A DNA stretch of 64,000 nt from Candidatus Heimdallarchaeota archaeon (GTDB lineage Archaea > Asgardarchaeota > Heimdallarchaeia > Heimdallarchaeales > Heimdallarchaeaceae): the NCBI GenBank assembly GCA_030603365.1, contig JAUVXV010000005.1:32001-96000 (forward strand), given 5' to 3'. A program made the translations under genes and the position numbers. How positions within the stretch are numbered: position 1 is the first letter of the stretch; each line of letters begins with the position of its first letter. The notes below the pieces were generated by a model. It was not told where the DNA came from and did no database searches. It worked only from the letters and a program-made list of their open reading frames with translations. Of this stretch, positions 60,399 to 64,000 are shown piece by piece.

Positions 60399-62531
60399 AT
60401 GTTAAATAAGAAATTTCAAAAGAAATCAAAGTTAGTTTTACTTCTAACATCCTTCTTAATACTAATTGTTATTCTTTCAGGTAGTTATTTGCAAACATCA
60501 GGAAATCAAATTCCATCCTATGCTCTTCCCGAAATTCTTCTAGTAGATTTAGAATTAGAGGATTCCATAATAAAATATGATATAGATAATCCAATAGAAA
60601 TGGAAGGTTTGTTTGATGATATTTATGCAGCACAACTTGATTATTTCAATCTTGTAGGTTTAACTGTTTCTGTTGTAAAAGATGGATCGTTATTCTTGAC
60701 GAAAGGTTATGGTTATAGGAATTACTCTTCAATGCTGCCAGTTGATCCACTGACAACTCTTTTCCGTTTAGGGTCTATTTCAAAAACGTTTACTGCTATT
60801 TCTATTCTACAACTGATGGAAGATGGTTTAATAGATCTCGATGAAGATGTGAATACTTACCTAACTGCTTTCCAAATTGCTGATACTTATGCTGAGCCTA
60901 TCACAATCAGACATCTGCTCACTCATTCAGCTGGTTTTGAGGAAACGGTGGAATTATCCTTTTTTGAGGTAGCTTCTGAAATGCCAGACTTGGAAGAGAC
61001 CCTAACAACTGGAGCTCCGATGAGAGTTAATCCTCCAGGAGAAGTTGTTTCTTACTCAAACTATGGGTTTACACTTCTAGGATATATTGTTGAAGAACTT
61101 ACAGGAATGCCTTTCGCGCAATATGTTCAAATTGAGATTTTTACTCCCTTTGAGATGAATCATACAACATTCGAACAGCAATTACCTTCTAATTTAGAAT
61201 CAGATATGGCTGTAGGGTATTGGGAAGAAAGAGAAGTTGGGTATTTCGAATATCTTTCAATTAACCCAGCGGCTGGATTGACCTCTTCAGCTGGAGATAT
61301 GGTCAATTTCATGTTAGGAATGTTGAATAATGCTACTTATGATGGAAATCAAATTTTAGAGAACACAACAGTTGAAATAATGCAATCAGCGCAGTTTATT
61401 ACTCATCCCGATTTGCAAAATATGTGTTTTGGGTTATATGAAATGAGCATGAATGATGAATACATTATAGGTCATGGAGGAGATACAGTTTTCTTCCACA
61501 GTAGAATGGCACTATTTCCAGAGCATGATTTTGGTTTGTTTATCTCATATAATAACCGAGAAGGAATAACAGCAAAGTTAGATTTCTTTATCACTTTTAT
61601 GAACTATTACTTCCCTTATCAGAATAACAATATAATACCAATGGAAGATTATACTAAAGGACTATCAGATTTCGCAGGTTTCTATTTGTCTTCAAGAAGA
61701 CATTATAGAGATGCTCCAGAGATTCCTATGGAGATGTGGATGAGATATTTTGGATTAGAATTTGTTTCTACAGGTGAATATCTCAAGATAGTTGGAGTAC
61801 CGATAGAATTTGTTCAAACAGCTCCTAATTATTTCGTAGAGAGAACAGGTCAATACGACTATACGATTGTTTTCTTCAAAGATGAAAAAGGAAGAGTTAC
61901 TCATTTCCACTCAGACTTAGTTGGACCCACTTCAACGTTTGAGAAGCTACATTTTGTCTATCGTAATTTTGAAACTTTTAATGCAATAATAATAGCTTTT
62001 GCTGTAATATTTCTTGTATCTCTAACCTATTGGGGAACAAAGGGGTTGTATAGTTTCATTACAAATAAGAAGAGTTTCCGAAATGTAGATACTATTGCTA
62101 AATGGTGGGTATTAGGGATTCCTGCAACATTCATTCCTTTTGCCTTATACTTGAACACAAAATCCGAGACAGTTATTTTTCTCGAAAAAGAAGTTCCGGA
62201 GATATTTGGAAATATGTTTATTCTCCCTCTTTTCACTTTGATATTTGTGATTGGGCTAGTAATATTGACCTTTATTTCTTGGATGAATTTCATGGGCATT
62301 AAAATCAAACCAAAACCCGAAAAAGAATCAGGAGAAAAAACAGCTAAGGACGAATCTCAAGAAACAACAGATACTGAAAGAACTGTAATTAAGAAAACTA
62401 TGAGGATCGTATTGGAAAAATTAGCGAAATATCAACCAATAATCAAGAGAGTTCACTATAGTATTCTAGCAATATTTGGAATATCTTTGATTTTCATACT
62501 TGGTTTCTGGGATCTATTACGAATTGCTTAA
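60399..62531 (+). CDS. Serine hydrolase (beta-lactamase class C/PBP-like), membrane bound
   Basis: FRLGSISK (SxxK), LLTHSAG, YSN, GHGG; N-terminal signal/TM and four C-terminal TMs. Confidence 0.88.
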   Translation: MLNKKFQKKSKLVLLLTSFLILIVILSGSYLQTSGNQIPSYALPEILLVDLELEDSIIKYDIDNPIEMEGLFDDIYAAQLDYFNLVGLTVSVVKDGSLFLTKGYGYRNYSSMLPVDPLTTLFRLGSISKTFTAISILQLMEDGLIDLDEDVNTYLTAFQIADTYAEPITIRHLLTHSAGFEETVELSFFEVASEMPDLEETLTTGAPMRVNPPGEVVSYSNYGFTLLGYIVEELTGMPFAQYVQIEIFTPFEMNHTTFEQQLPSNLESDMAVGYWEEREVGYFEYLSINPAAGLTSSAGDMVNFMLGMLNNATYDGNQILENTTVEIMQSAQFITHPDLQNMCFGLYEMSMNDEYIIGHGGDTVFFHSRMALFPEHDFGLFISYNNREGITAKLDFFITFMNYYFPYQNNNIIPMEDYTKGLSDFAGFYLSSRRHYRDAPEIPMEMWMRYFGLEFVSTGEYLKIVGVPIEFVQTAPNYFVERTGQYDYTIVFFKDEKGRVTHFHSDLVGPTSTFEKLHFVYRNFETFNAIIIAFAVIFLVSLTYWGTKGLYSFITNKKSFRNVDTIAKWWVLGIPATFIPFALYLNTKSETVIFLEKEVPEIFGNMFILPLFTLIFVIGLVILTFISWMNFMGIKIKPKPEKESGEKTAKDESQETTDTERTVIKKTMRIVLEKLAKYQPIIKRVHYSILAIFGISLIFILGFWDLLRIA

Positions 62532-63347
62532 TTCTAGTGTTTCCTTTTTCTTTCTTTCATAATACTCCATCATTCTTCTAGCATCTTCTTCTGGGAAGAT
62601 TCCTAGTTCCTGAAATTTCTCTTTCAGAAAACGATTAAAATACTCAAAAATCGCATCCATTCCTCTAAATAGGCTCTCTTGTGTAAGCTCAGAGAGTAAA
62701 GTTCTATCAAATACAGCCAATCTGTCTTTATCTAGCTTTTTCTCAAGTCTCCGGTAGTTTTCTTGCTTTCTTTCAGCAAATGAATCTTCGAACTTCACTA
62801 GATATTTTCTATAAAAATCAATACAATCTAGAGCATCCCACCATTCTCCTCTAAGAATTTTACTGACAGTATAGCTTATACCCATATGATAATGATTAAT
62901 CCTATGAGTCAAATCAGCTATATCAACATCCCATTTCATTTTTGCAGATTCTTCAATCATCCTTACTAGATGTCTTTCTGGGTCATATAGAATATCAAAA
63001 TTGATTTTATCTGGTCTGGTTTCAGGAGGGAGAAGGTTAAAAGCAAAATCTACCTTGATTTCTTCATCTTCATAAAAAACTACATAGACAGTAGGAAAAC
63101 CTGACATAGACTCAGCTTTAATTCTACCAACTTTCTTAGCAATTTCAAGTCTTTCATTTCTGAAACTATCTCTATCTTCTTCATTAGCAAAAGAAATGCT
63201 CAGATCAATATCAGAATATTCATCAGCTGATTGGGAACCTCCAAGATACAAACCTACAACTCTAGGATCTTCAGTGATTATTTTAGCAACTTTGTTAAGG
63301 AGAGATTGATGTTTGGGTAGATTTTTGAATTTCTCAATTTGATGCAT
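62517..63347 (-). CDS. Pol-beta-type nucleotidyltransferase (aminoglycoside/lincosamide adenylyltransferase-like)
   Basis: LGGS..ADEYSDIDL motif; helical C-domain RGEWWDA. Confidence 0.75.
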   Translation of the reverse strand: MHQIEKFKNLPKHQSLLNKVAKIITEDPRVVGLYLGGSQSADEYSDIDLSISFANEEDRDSFRNERLEIAKKVGRIKAESMSGFPTVYVVFYEDEEIKVDFAFNLLPPETRPDKINFDILYDPERHLVRMIEESAKMKWDVDIADLTHRINHYHMGISYTVSKILRGEWWDALDCIDFYRKYLVKFEDSFAERKQENYRRLEKKLDKDRLAVFDRTLLSELTQESLFRGMDAIFEYFNRFLKEKFQELGIFPEEDARRMMEYYERKKKETLELSNS

Positions 63348-63455
63348 AACTTTAATTTAGTTTAAAGATAAAAAAAGATTTGCAGAGAATATACTTAACC
63401 TAACTTTAGTTTTGTGGTGGTGAAAATTTTATAAAGCTTAATATAAAGTAGATTC

Positions 63456-63971
63456 ATGAAAAAAGGACTTAAGATTTTTCTCATCATTTTCATTCCTATA
63501 ATGTTAGGTGTTCTTTCCTTTGGAGGAACTATACTCTATTCTTATCTGCAAGTTGATTATTCAATCGGTGATACAACTGTTGCTTTTGATATCACACCCG
63601 ATTTTATAGAGGGATATGTAGGTTTTATTGAACTTACCACACCAGCTGAAATACAGAATAAGGGGTTGTATTCCATTCGAGATCTCAACATAACCATTAG
63701 TGTTTATGGTGCAAATTTCAGTCTTGCAACTCTCAATGGGGAACTACTCGCAAGTGGAGTAAATCTTATCGGAGATATAATAAAAGGTCAAACTTGGAGC
63801 GATGACATCATTGTTGAAATTACTTACTATATTGCATTTCTGGCAATTTATAGTGGTGATTTTGATATTAATATAGATATCAGCTTAAATGTTGATTTTG
63901 GTATATTTCTAATTCCAATAAATATTCAGACAAATGTTAATGCTACTTGGGACGCACCATTCTCATTATAA
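63456..63971 (+). CDS. Hypothetical membrane-anchored protein (LEA2-like beta sandwich)
   Basis: N-terminal TM; EIQNKGLYSIRDLNI motif. Confidence 0.55.
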   Translation: MKKGLKIFLIIFIPIMLGVLSFGGTILYSYLQVDYSIGDTTVAFDITPDFIEGYVGFIELTTPAEIQNKGLYSIRDLNITISVYGANFSLATLNGELLASGVNLIGDIIKGQTWSDDIIVEITYYIAFLAIYSGDFDINIDISLNVDFGIFLIPINIQTNVNATWDAPFSL

Positions 63972-64000
63972 CTCTCTTTTTTTCTTTTCAAAGGAGAAGT

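Noticed and set aside
60399-63347. Antibiotic-resistance pair (beta-lactamase + aminoglycoside adenylyltransferase)
   Set aside because: Only fold-level motifs; genes are convergent with no mobile context; substrates cannot be inferred

Overview
AT-rich (visibly low-GC), gene-dense archaeal sequence. NreA with a PIP box, F420-dependent Mtd, Arf-like and Rag-like small GTPases, and many secreted proteins with a TM+basic C-terminal anchor point to an Asgard archaeon (Heimdallarchaeia-like; inference). The centrepiece (about 28.0-46.9 kb) is a self-contained acyl-chain biosynthesis island: biotin ligase, two carboxyltransferases, two biotin carboxylases with epsilon-like tails, one BCCP, a ~3360-aa type I FAS/PKS (pseudoER-ER-KS-AT-KS-ACP-ACP-KR-DH-PPTase) and a translationally coupled thioesterase-like hydrolase. 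Both ACPs carry Thr where the phosphopantetheine Ser normally sits. Also present: four MobA-like NTP-transferase paralogs, five tandem surface-protein genes (two very Tyr-rich), a solitary TnpB with a rearranged (Fanzor-like) RuvC-II, a secreted DJ-1/PfpI gene interrupted by an in-frame TAG, a candidate structured RNA, an unannotated 56-aa membrane ORF, and housekeeping genes (mtnA, asnS, AOR, YcaQ-like glycosylase). No rRNA, tRNA or CRISPR array was seen. All family calls come from motif recognition, not database searches.
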